From positions 35,528,001 through 35,592,000 of the forward strand of contig CM097885.1 of the NCBI GenBank assembly GCA_044892525.1: a stretch of 64,000 nt of DNA, written 5' to 3'. The stretch comes from Schmidtea polychroa. Lineage: Eukaryota. The notes beneath the pieces were generated by a model. It saw only the letters and a program-made list of their open reading frames with translations. It was not told the DNA's origin and made no database searches. Positions 14,850 to 26,702 of this stretch are shown piece by piece. Both the position numbers and the translations under genes were made by a program. Within the stretch, counting starts at the first letter, position 1. The number at the start of each line of letters is the position of its first letter.

Positions 14850-15850
14850 TTTTTCTAAAATTGTCATTGAAAAATATTTCATAAAAGTTTTCATTTAAAA
14901 TTTTCATTGAAAAATATTTCATAAAAATTTTCATTAAAAATTTTCATTGAAAAATATTTCATAAAAATTTTCATTAAAAATTATCTTAAAAATTATTCCA
15001 TAAAAATTTCATTAAAAAATTTCAATTCTCAAACACCTTCTATTATTTTGTTAATAAATTTAAAATCTTACTTTAATTTGCTTATTACATTACTTATTTA
15101 AAAATTATTACTTTAATTTACTTATTTAAAATATTTGACCATTGATTACTTAATTTAAAAATTTTTTTAACTTAATTTACTTTAATTCAAATTTGGACCT
15201 TAATTTACTTTAATTGAAAATTTTAGACCATAATTTACTTAATTGAAATTTTAGACCTTAATTTGCTTATTTATCTTTAATTTACTTAAGTTTAAAAATA
15301 TATACCATAATTTACTTAATTGAAATTTTAGACTTTATTTTAGAACTTAATTGAAAATTTTAGACCTTAATTTCATGTAAAATTTTAGACCATAATTTAC
15401 TTATTTGAAAATTTTAGACCTTAAATTGCTTAATTGAAAATTTTAGACCTTAATTTGCTTATTTATCTTTAATTTACTTAAGTTTAAAAATATATACCAT
15501 AATTTACTTTAATTTAAAATTTTAGACCATAATTTCATGTAAAATTTTAGACCATAATTTACTTATTTGAAAATTTTAGACCTTAATTTACTTAATTGGA
15601 AATTTTAGACCTTAATTTGCTTATTTATCTTTAATTTACTTAAGTTTAAAAATATATACCATAATTTACTTTAATTTAAAATTTTAGACCATAATTTACT
15701 TAATTGAAAATTTTAGACTTTATTTTAGAACTTAATTGAAAATTTTAGACCTTAATTTGCTTAATTGAAAATTTTAGACCATAATTTACTTAATTGAAAA
15801 TTTTAGACCATAATTTTAATGTAAAATTGTCATTGAAAAAATTTTCATTT
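14850..15850 (-). repeat. Inverted, diverged copy of the C/D subterminal arrays (probable right TIR of C, truncated by E)
   Basis: CAAACACCTTCTAT near 15030 is the reverse complement of the 8717 anchor; TTTTAGACCATAATTTACTT units; TTTCTCAGG at ~15848 mirrors CCTGAGAAA. Confidence 0.75.
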
Positions 15851-16102
15851 CTCAGGCGCCGTTTATAGTAGGTAGATAGTGGCCCGCTGCAAATGCAAGC
15901 CTTTTTTTATGCTGCATCTTTTTTTTGCTGCAACATTTGATTGCGCAATTGTTGCAACTTGTTTTTTTTGTATTGAAAATTCTAGGAAAAAAAAATACAA
16001 TTGCGTAATAATACAAAAAAAATACAACAAAAAAACTAGTTCAAACAATTGCGTAATCAAAAGTTGCAGCAAAAAAAAAGTTGCAGCAGAACCCCTCCCC
16101 CA

Positions 16103-17904
16103 CAAATATATTAATTGAATTTATTTAAAATTATTTCATAAAATTCATAAATTTAATAAAAAAAAGAAATATTTGTGGGGAATAATTAATCAAAATCGGG
16201 GGAATATAAGTGATAATAATTAGTGGAAAATAGAGAATTGGGGGGATATAAGTGAGGAGGATATATAATGAAACTAGTTTATTACATAACAACCCGCGAC
16301 TAGTTTATTACATAACAAGCCGCGTCTAGTTTATTACATAACAAGCCGCGTCTAGTTTATTACATAACAAGCCATGACTAGTTTATTAGATAACAAGATG
16401 TGAATGGTATTTTATTGAGAATCATTGATTAGGTCTTTTTTATAATTTTTGAATAAGTACTTTAATACCTTAATAATTTAAATGTTTTGATTTACACTAA
16501 ATAATTTCTAAATCAATTACCCTTTTCAATCAAAATAAGATCAATTATATACCTTTTTATAAAATTCAGTTAAAATTAAATACTTTCCACTAAATTTAAA
16601 ATATATAAATTTTATAAGTTTTTCAAATTTTCAAATAATATAAATAAGAAATTAATCTATTACCAGTTACATACTTTTAAACTTATTGACGGAATTATGT
16701 AATAGAAATAAAAAGTAACTTAGGTTATTTTTTTTTTCAAAATTATGACTAAGTCCTTTAATATTGTAATAATAGCTATTTATTAACCCTTTCCAGCCCA
16801 GTGATTCCAAATGGAATCATTAGTTAAAAACTCAGTTTTTTCTCTCTACTACCAAAACGGTTGGCAGTAACTAGTGAGAACTATAGTAAGATATGTTTTT
16901 AACAGTTTTCTAAAGGGGCAACAAAAAAAATGAAGTAAAATATTTTTATGATAAAATAAGTAGTTTTGGTACCTACTTACTGCATATATTTTTTTTTGTT
17001 TTGAAAAAAATTGGGCTGGAAAGGGTTAATAAAATTATTAATTTACGTTAAATATTTCAAAAACAATTATCATATTATTAATTATATTACCCTTTTTAAT
17101 CAAAATAAGATCACTATTGAAATAGATGATTTTTATAAATTACAATCAAAATTAAATACTTTTACACTAAATTTAAAAATATAAATTTTATAAGTAAATG
17201 TAAATAAGAAATTACTGTATTAGCAGTTATAGACTTTTAAAACTTATTGATTAGATATTAAAAGTTACTTTTTTTTTCAAAAAGTCCTTTAATATTGTAT
17301 TCTATTCATTATTAAATTTACTATTTTACACTAAATATTTAGAAAACAATCATCATAATATTAAATATGATACTTCAATCAAAATAAGTTAATACTCAAA
17401 TATTTGTCTTAAAAATTAAATCAAAATTAAATATTTCACTAAATTTTAAGTAAATATTTTTAAATTCTCAAATAAATGTTAACAAGATATTAATTTATTA
17501 ATCATTATAGACTTTTTAAACTTATTATTGGAATAAAAAACAATTTAATGATATTCAAAATATATACAATTTTAAAATATAATTAAAATTAAATTACATA
17601 CTAGGTAAAATGTTGGTAAAATACCATTCACAGCTTGTTATATAATAGTCATGGCTTGTTATGTAATAAACTAGACGCGGCTTGTTATGTAATAAACTAG
17701 TCGCGGGTTGTTATGTAATAAACTAGTTTAAATTATATATCCTCCTCACTTATATCCCCCCCCCCCGATTCTCTATTTTCCACTAATTATTATCACTTAT
17801 ATTCCCCCGATTTTGATTAATTATTCCCCACAAATATTTCTTTTTTTTTATTAAATTTATGAATTTTATGAAATAATTTTAAATAAATTCAATTAATATA
17901 TTTG
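16103..17904. repeat. Inverted repeat (~300-bp arms 16103-16414 and 17618-17904) around a spacer of degenerate direct repeats
   Basis: Arms read as reverse complements and contain 26-bp ACTAGTTTATTACATAACAAGCCGCG units; homologous to the centre of D. Confidence 0.88.
16787..17025. mobile_element. piggyBac-type MITE (239 bp)
   Basis: 14-bp TIRs CCCTTTCCAGCCCA / TGGGCTGGAAAGGG flanked by TTAA on both sides; the homologous site in D (55827-55830) has a single TTAA. Confidence 0.92.
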
Positions 17905-20254
17905 CATTCTTATCAACTTTCTTCTTATCTATGCCCATTCAATGATCCATTAATGAATTATTCTACCAATTATTTTCACCCATTTGAATCGAGTAATGAA
18001 TAATTTCCTCACTTTAATGAAGATTCTTACCACCTTCATTGTTAATTTTATCAAAGTTTAAAGAATATTTCTCTTTACATTGCTTACCACTTTAGAATTT
18101 TTATCGAAATTTATGATAATTTGACTAATTCAATGAAGAATGAGTTAATTAATATATACTCTGAGTTTATCCGACAAAATATTCTGTCCCCCTATGGGTA
18201 TTGCTCACAAGGGTACTACTCACATTCAACATGTCGCAAGGGTACTGATCATTTAATGCTTTTATTTGAATGATTATTTAGGCAAATTTGATGTTTAAGG
18301 TATTGATAATTTTTAGAGTTGATGGTTTTAGTAAATATTCAAGTAAATTTCTATCATTTTTATGAATTTTTATAGTTTTTATGAATTTCTATCATTTTTA
18401 TGGATTTCCATTATTTTCATGAATTTCCGTAATTTTTGTGAATATCTGTAATTTAATGCTAATTCTAAGGTAAATTTAATTAATTTCTTGATAATTGAAT
18501 GTATTTTTATTGACTTGTTTTTTAATTTTAAATAAAAATTTATTTTTAATGAGGTTAATAATTAAAGTTTGTACAATAATCAAGTGGTAGGATAAATTTT
18601 GATGAGTATATTGAATAATTTTCTAAGAATTTCATGTTGACTGATTAAAAGTTTTAATGGTGATAAATTTAATTGATAAATTTAATTAATTTCTTGATAA
18701 TTAGTTGTATTTTATTGAATAGTTTTTAAATAAAAATTAATTTCATTGACAATTAGGTTAATAATTAAGTGATAGAATAAATTTTTGATGATAACTTTGT
18801 AATATATTTGAATAAATAATTTTTTCAATAATTTTCTAAGAATATTTACACATTGATGATCTTTAGAAACATAAGCTAAGAAACCAGTTAACTTTATCAG
18901 GGACTTTAAATTTACGTGATAATTATTGTAGGATATAAAGAAATTTAGTTTGCTGTTATTGCTTGAAAATGATTGGCTGAATCGATGAAGAATTATGATC
19001 AATCAATATATATCATCTCCAGTATTTGATGGTAAATATTTGTAGAAAATATTGATTTTTGATCTTTTAGTGAACTCTTACTACATAGCTACTAAATTAT
19101 TTCAATGGAAGAATATTTGGTGTCTATAACAATTAAGTCATATTTTTGAAGTTCTTTAAAGATTTTAAGAGGATTGATATATATTAAAGGGCTCAAGTGG
19201 GTAGAATTGAAGGATATATTCGGTTAGATGTTTAAAGGGGTAGAAATATTTGGTGAGAGATCGGTTAAGATGGGATATTGTTGGTTAAATTTAATGAGGG
19301 ATGGGTTAAGATGGGAATATATGATCTTTTGAGGGGATATAGTCGGTTAGATTTAATGAGAGATCAGATAAGGTGGGAATATATCATTGTAAGGGAGATA
19401 TAGTCGATTGAATTTAATGAAGGATGGGTTAAGATGGGAATATAGTCGGTTAAATTTAATGAGACATGGGTTAAGATGGGAATATATGATTTTTTTAATG
19501 GTGATGTTGGTAAAATATCATTGTTTTAAGGGAAATGTCAATTAGTCAGTTATGTATCAATAATAATTATATCGTTTTATTAGGTTGTGATTAATTCATT
19601 GTATATTAATTTAGATTTATGTTTTAGAACAATGTTCTATTAAGTAAGGATAATGATCGATTTACTTGGTTTTGACGATGAAAACTTTACAGATAAATGG
19701 GATTGATATCAACTTTAAATTATTTTTATCTTTATTTAGACGGACAACGACAAAAGTTGAGAAATATGGACTTAAAACATTGACTAAATAAAATTGATCT
19801 TTATTGGAAGAAATCTTGATTTTAATTAGTAATTAAATCGGTTGAATATTGGTAAAAATGATCATTTGAAGAAATATAATTTATTGAATGGATAAATTTA
19901 ATCTTTCAATGGGACCTAGTCAGTTATATTGTAGTAATATTTATTTAAAATATCGAGTACAGTGATTAACAAAAAATTAATTATAACCAGTTTTATCATT
20001 AGATTTTATAAATTATTTAGGGTTAATGATTTTACATGTTTTATAGGGAAATATTCGTGATAATAGGAATTAAAGTTAGAATTATAGTCATTTGAAGGGG
20101 ATTTTAAGGAATCTTATTAGTCTGAGGGGAATATATGATCCTTTACGGGTACTTATCATAGTAGATGGATTGGGCACCGCTGGCACAGGGCACCGCTAGC
20201 ACAGTACCCCCCCCCCTCCCCCGTCGGTAAGATTTTCAAAAAGTACATTTTTTT

Positions 20255-21225
20255 TCAAGGTCAAATTTAAACAAAGACATATGACTCATCAAGGTCATTG
20301 AAACAAAAACCATGAGTCATCCTATGACTCATCAAATTTCTCAAGGTCATTTAAACAAAGACCATGACTCATCCTATGACTTATCAAGGTCATTTTCAAG
20401 GTCATATGACTCATAATATGACCCATCAAGGACAAAAATTTTTTTCAAGATCATTTAAACAAAGACCATGACTCATCAAGGTCATTTTCAAGGTCGTATG
20501 ACTCATACTGTGACTCATCAAGGTCACTTTCAAGGTCATATGACTCATCCGATGAGTCATAAAATTTTCAAGGTCATTTAAACAAAGACCACGACTCACT
20601 CAAGGTCATTTTCAAGGTCATATGACTCATTCAAGGTCATTTTCAAGGTCATATTACTCATTCAAGGACATTTTCAAGGTCATATGACTCATCCAAGGTC
20701 ATTTCAAGGTCATATGACTCATTCAAGGACATTTCATGGTCATATGACTCATTCAAGGACATTTTCAAGGTCGTATGACTCATACTGTGACTCATCAAGG
20801 TCACTTTCAAGGTCATATGACTCATCCGATGAGTCATAAAATTTTCAAGGTCATTTAAACAAAGACCACGACTCACTCAAGGTCATTTTCAAGGTCATAT
20901 GACTCATTCAAGGTCATTTTCAAGGTCATATTACTCATTCAAGGACATTTTCAAGGTCATATGACTCATTCAAGGTCATTTCAAGGTCATATGACTCATA
21001 CTATGACTCATCAAAAAATTTCCAAGGTCATATGACTCATACTATGACTCATCAAAAATTTTCAAGGTCATTTTCAAGGTCATCTGAGTCATCCTATGAC
21101 TCATCAAGGTCATATTATTATTTTTTAAAATATTATTATTTTTATTATTATTTTCAAGGTCGCATGACTCATCCAAGGTCATTCTCAAGGTCATGTGAGT
21201 CATCGCGATGAGTCATCAAGGTCAT
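20255..21225. promoter_or_regulatory. Subterminal tandem array of TCAAGGTCA and TGACTCA/TGAGTCA motifs (putative enhancer)
   Basis: More than two dozen copies of each motif; they match the NR5A/ERR monomer site and the AP-1 site. Function is inferred. Confidence 0.6.
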
Positions 21226-21404
21226 ATTATTATTTTTTAAAATATTATTATTTTTATTATTATTTTTAAAAAATATTATTATTTTTAATTCTTTTCAAAG
21301 TTCCCGTCAACAAAAATTAATAATCGATAGCTCATTTTAAAGCTCAATCCAAGGCCTTTCGAATGAGCCATATAACTTGTTATTAAGATTATTATTTCTA
21401 AAGA

Positions 21405-21624
<220 letters not shown>

Positions 21625-21786
21625 CTATATACACCGAGTCTATATACTCCGAGTCTATCCGACAAAATATTTTGTCCCCCTATGGGTAATGCTCACAAGG
21701 GTACTGGTCACGCTCAACAAATCAACAAATCAACAAAACATACATTTATTTAAACAATAAAATAATGTAAAATTAACAAAGGTAAA

Positions 21787-22278
21787 CTAAATATATATAG
21801 TATGATATTCATTAATCAGTGTTGAACAGGCTTGACACTTGCGAACATTCTTCTCGTGACACTTAGAACAAACAATTACATGACCACATGGTAAATACAA
21901 AACCGAAACTCGATTTTCTTTACAAATTGAACAAGTTAAATACCTTTTCTTAACATCGTTCAGTTTTTTCGTTAGCTTATTTTCAATCAAATCGGTTTTT
22001 GCTATCGAATCATAAATCAATCTACTATATCTAGGTTTCAACCTTAAATACATACAACTCCAAAAGTATTCATTCAGTGAATCATTGTTTACTGATATTT
22101 TTTCTAAGTACATTAAATAACAAGATAACTTTAAAATGGATTTCTCATAATTAAATAAATCAAACAAATATTCAATAGAGGAATGTTTGAAAATCTTTAA
22201 AATATTTATGAGTTGCTTATCACTGTAAGTATCATGATTATTTATAAAATCTTCAACTGTGTTGTTAAAAAATTTCAA
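21787..22278 (-). CDS. C-terminal C3HC4 RING finger protein (IAP/MDM2-type RING); 5' part spliced or decayed
   Basis: CSICKENRVSVLYLPCGHVIVCSKC..CQACSTLI..IYI* at the extreme C-terminus. No ATG at the ORF start; candidate 49-bp GT-AG intron at 22384-22336 and an in-frame TAA upstream. Confidence 0.75.
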   Translation of the reverse strand: MKFFNNTVEDFINNHDTYSDKQLINILKIFKHSSIEYLFDLFNYEKSILKLSCYLMYLEKISVNNDSLNEYFWSCMYLRLKPRYSRLIYDSIAKTDLIENKLTKKLNDVKKRYLTCSICKENRVSVLYLPCGHVIVCSKCHEKNVRKCQACSTLINEYHTIYI

Positions 22279-22575
22279 TGAAATTTCAGAATAGGTTGGA
22301 CATAATTTTTACTTATTTCTAGTAGGACTTCCTTGCTATAAATGGTATATATAAAAAAAAATATTGACAAAATAATAAAGTTACCAAATGTGTTACACAT
22401 TCATCAGTTTTATTTATAGAAATCATTAGTAATAAATTTCTTAATAACTAAATTACTTTTGTTCTTACATTTATAAAATTGTGATAGCCAATTAAAATAT
22501 AGTTTTCAAAATGTAGAAATTGTAACCATCAAATGTATAATAAGCAGGACTAGTAACCTTGCAAGCTGTTTAAAG

Positions 22576-22577
<2 letters not shown>

Positions 22578-22651
<74 letters not shown>

Positions 22652-22664
22652 ATTATTATTATTA

Positions 22665-22721
<57 letters not shown>

Positions 22722-22740
22722 GTATGCAAGCTGTTTAAAG

Positions 22741-22785
<45 letters not shown>
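22578..22785. repeat. (ATT)n microsatellite blocks with a duplicated TGCAAGCTGTTTAAAG spacer
   Basis: Direct reading. Confidence 0.93.
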
Positions 22786-22786
<1 letters not shown>

Positions 22787-23125
22787 GTGATTGATATAGC
22801 TGCATGCTCACTGCAGACTATATAAAAAAAAATACTGATATAGCTGCATGCTCACTGCAGACTATATAAAAATTATAATAAAACAACAAATACTTAAAAA
22901 AATTAAAAAAAAAAAATCTGATTACAAATTTTATTCAATATGTATATATAAATACAAGTTTTATACAATATACAAGTTATAATACAGGTTTTTGTACAAG
23001 TTTTTTTTTTAAATAAAAGTTTCTATACAATTTTTATACAATTTTTATAAATCACGAAATCACTATATAAATACAAGTTTTTATAAATCAAAATATAAAG
23101 TTTTTTTCTTTTCAATTTGTTCTAT

Positions 23126-25934
23126 TTAAATTTGATCTTCGTCCCATTCGCTGTCGTCAAAACTGGGACTTGGAGCTGGACCGAATTCCTCATCATATTC
23201 GCTTAATTCGTCAACTCCTAGATAGTGCCCAAATGCGTAACTTATGTTTTTTCCTAGCCACGCGCGCTTATCATCATTATTACTTAGGGCAATTTTCGAA
23301 TTTTTAAAAGTAAAAAGTTGGTGATTTCTAGTACCTATTCTAGTCTGCGGTACAGAAATCACCTTATTTGAATGAAAGCAATTTAGATATGTTTCATGAT
23401 TTATTGATGTCCCTGGTAATTTAACCCCCTTCGCTTTTACCGTTTCCTTACTACCTAAAAGACTATAACATTTAGGACGTAAGAAAACCCATTCAGAATA
23501 ACCTAATCCCTTGCTCTCATCTTTAAACTTCCCGATGACCGAGTCAAGGTTCCTATTATACAAGGGGTGTGTTGGATCGTAATTTGACGTATCCAATAAA
23601 TTATCAGAGATCATCTGAGGTAATAGAGTTGTTAATTTTAAATTTTTTATTTCTAGAAAAAAGCTGTCGGTATCACCGGCAATAATATTTATAATACATT
23701 TATATTGACGTCTGTACTTCTCCAAATCAATATATTGGAGCTGATACATCCGCAGTTTAGACAGATCTAGTACTGTTTGACCGATGTAGCTAGGTCTGTC
23801 TAAACAAATTGAATCTTTTTCCAAATGTGCCGCAATCAGATCGTTATCGATTCTTATAGACTTTCTGAAAGTCGGCTTTGAGGAGTATACTATCATCTTT
23901 TCGGATGAATTACACAACCTCAAATTCATTCGTTTTTTCAGATTTTCAACGGATTTACCGTACAGACTGTTATTATACAATTTAAACAAGTCCCTATATA
24001 TCTCGCTAGTAGACTGAGATCGTAAAGTGGTGTTGGTGTCTATGTAGGATTTAAAGATAGGTCCTTGTTTAAACTTTATACATCTATGAATATTTACAAC
24101 AACCGCACCTAATTCTATATACAATTTGAGAAGCCTCCAATGAAGAACATAGTTCCTCTTTGGCCAATGCGTAAGCATAAGCTTCTCAACTTTTGAATTA
24201 GGCGGGCACAACTTTTCCGGCGCAAGCGGAAAATCATTCAAAAAGTCATGCACACATTCCGGAATATCGATATCGACCTCCATAGTATACCCATATGGAA
24301 GGTTATCAATATCCGTGTTCATACATTCAAGTAAAACATCATTCAAGTTATTATTCACCCAAGAAAAATCACCATACGGAAGATTTTGGCTAAGAGCCCA
24401 ACCATATAAATTATTTATATCAATGTACAATAATTCTGTATCATCTGAAGTAGCCGTGTAATGTTTGTTAACAAATGTTAACCCACCCCGGATACCTCCC
24501 TCATAGAAATTATACATTTCCATGTCCTGCAAAAGTTTTATGGGTTCCGTTAATGTCATAAGCGCTGAGGCCCATGACATACCGGGAATCCCGTAGAAAT
24601 TAAGAGGATCCAGACCATTGTAAGCAATTGCCTTACCGCGGAATTGCTGAAAATAGTCTGCGAGGAGGTATACGTCCAATTTTAGGTAGATTAACATATA
24701 ATCTAACAAATTATTACAGTTATGCTGACTCCAAATTAGTTGAGCCTCAGCGTACTGATCTTCCGTAACATCAGAGCAAATAGGAGGTAATTCTAAAGTC
24801 GATTCAAGAACATCCAAAGAAGTAGCGAAATTATATGGAAAGATACCTTTAGAGTGAATCATCGACCCTTGAAAGACAGACGAAGTTAACGGAAAAGTAG
24901 TTAAGGTTTTCACAGCTTTGGCTAAAGAACAATTAACAAATTGCATGCTGTCAATAAAACGAACAGGCAATTTGTTAATATATGCAATTAAAGATATAAA
25001 TTTTTCTGTAGAGGTAGGTATAATATTAAGTTCCCAAAGGGGAAAATCACTGAGACCATGTTTTAAAATATGGTGGAGGTCATAGCCTCGTAAATTATGA
25101 AAGACAACAGGTAACAACTTATTAATCCTGCGAGAGACATTGCATTTCCTACATGCCGCTCCGACATATCTACCTGTAAAATGGCAATGATCTCTCACAG
25201 GATTAATAATAGCTTTTTTACACAAATAACAAATAGTGGTAGATCGAAAGGCACGCTCCTGAGCAAAAGACAAAGTAGACATACCTTTATGACCTTCAAG
25301 TTCATAATATGGCAGGACAATTGTGACAGCAATTTCCTCCACTTTCCTCAAAAAATCCAAAATACAATTAGGTCCAAAAAAATAATAATAAAATTTAGTG
25401 TTTGTATAATTATTAATTAATAAAAGACCTGCTGATATGGGTAAATGTATTTGATGATATGTTTCATGTTCTGGTAAAACCGATTCAAAATCAGCATAAA
25501 TTACGAAGGGAGGTGTAACGGTTTTTGCGTAATCTGTGAATAATAAATCCTTATTTTTAGGAAGTGTATACAAGGTTGTGCCAGTCTGATTTTTACAGCA
25601 TAGAGCAACATGCTGATCGAAAGCATTCTTATATCTAAAGCCATTTAAACAATGTGGGCACCAGTTACACCTTATTTGAACATTTACATTTTCATTTAAA
25701 TGACAATTCATTAATTTGTCCAAGTCTGTCACTGCCGTATAATGATATTTATCTTTATTACTCAAAAGTAATAAATAAATCGGCCTACCATCTATAACCT
25801 TGGAGCGATGTATGATATTAAGATGAGGGTGGTGAGCTACATAATCCTGAGAAATATCACAATCAGAACTGGCTGGATTATACGAAAGAACGTTTATGCT
25901 TAATTTTAAATCACGATTTTTCCTTTCAAATTTG
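23126..25934 (-). pseudogene. pPolB of element A, 3' part (separated from its 5' part by insertion B)
   Basis: Full exonuclease and polymerase motifs. Removing B and one TSD gives CPMRLCNIPK-FERKNRDL, matching CPMKLCDIPKFERKNNDL of X. Confidence 0.94.
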
Positions 25935-26267
25935 AGTAGTGAGGAATCTATGCACCCCAGCACCCCCACCCTAAAAAAAAACAGCGCTATTGACCCATAT
26001 TTTCCACATTTATATGCTTTTTTACCCCATATTCTTCACTTTTTTTAACTTTTAAACTTTGTCCCCTATTGCCATTAACCCTTAATTTCTTCCCTTAAAA
26101 GTAAAAAAGTTCGGAATAGATGTATTTATAGATTAGTAATTCCGAGAAAAGGTAACGGGGTGCATAGATTCCTCACTACTTGGTCTTAAGGATTTAATGT
26201 TATAAGGATTTAATGTTATAAAAATATCAGATTACCTAATTCATAATGATCTAGGTCGCCTGATCAC
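25935..26267 (+). repeat. Left TIR of B, with an internal inverted copy of the terminal 24 bp at 26157-26180
   Basis: Near-perfect reverse complement of 40834-41165. Confidence 0.96.
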
Positions 26268-26313
26268 CTTAAGGTTTTGAAAGTTTTAAAAATAAAAAAT
26301 ATTATGAAATAGT

Positions 26314-26702
26314 AAAACTGCTCTGAGAGGACAGTGGTTTTTTTTTTTTTTTTTTCACTGTCCTCTCAACAGTTTTTTTTTTGATCCGGATCATTTTTTT
26401 TTATTCAACCTCTTTCGTTTATCAAATCTCTTCCAATATACAAGCTGGCCAGACTCATACATCAGAATCAATTCGATAATAGCAGCACACCTTATTATTC
26501 GCTTCTCGCTCGAATACGATTTCATCGGCGTTTTAAGTGTGCTGCTCGAAAGTACAAATGAATTCGAAAGCGAATCCGAAAGAGGTCCGAAAACAACTGA
26601 GAAATAAATGTGCACATTACCGGAATCGATCCGGGGGTGTTCGAAAGACAGGTGGCGATAATTACCGGTTCGCCACCATCACCCGTTTCAATATTTTTTT
26701 TT
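26314..26702. ncRNA. Putative structured RNA/ssDNA region
   Basis: 13-bp stem 26324-26336/26356-26368, 10-bp stem 26481-26490/26537-26546, 8-bp stem 26651-26658/26670-26677; five CGAAA motifs; T-run at the end. Confidence 0.4.

Larger units (their letters stand above)
7816..15866 (-). mobile_element. Element C: Polinton-type element with AGTAGGTAG terminus carrying only pPolB; right end interrupted by element E
   Basis: Terminus AGTAGGTAGTTAGTAGC at 7816 resembles the D terminus. 7816-8965 is homologous to 48150-49580. An inverted diverged copy of the arrays lies at ~14850-15850, and only one gene lies between. Confidence 0.7.
15867..20159 (+). mobile_element. Element E: non-coding D-family element with most of the left arm missing; interrupted by element A
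   Basis: Terminus AGTAGGTAGATAGTGGCCC at 15867. ~16150-20159 is collinear with ~55260-59040 of D. Preceded by GTTTAT (expected TSD). Confidence 0.8.

Noticed and set aside
20255..21225. CRISPR-like array
   Set aside because: No constant repeat with unique spacers, no cas genes, eukaryotic context.
25935..25969. N-termini MGVLGCIDSSLL (ORF 23126-25969) and MFQWATIYLL (ORF 47159-48178)
   Set aside because: Both are read from the termini of inserted elements B and D, not from the real genes.
26400..26480. Hammerhead ribozyme on the minus strand
   Set aside because: CTGATGT does not match the CUGANGA core and I could not build the three stems.
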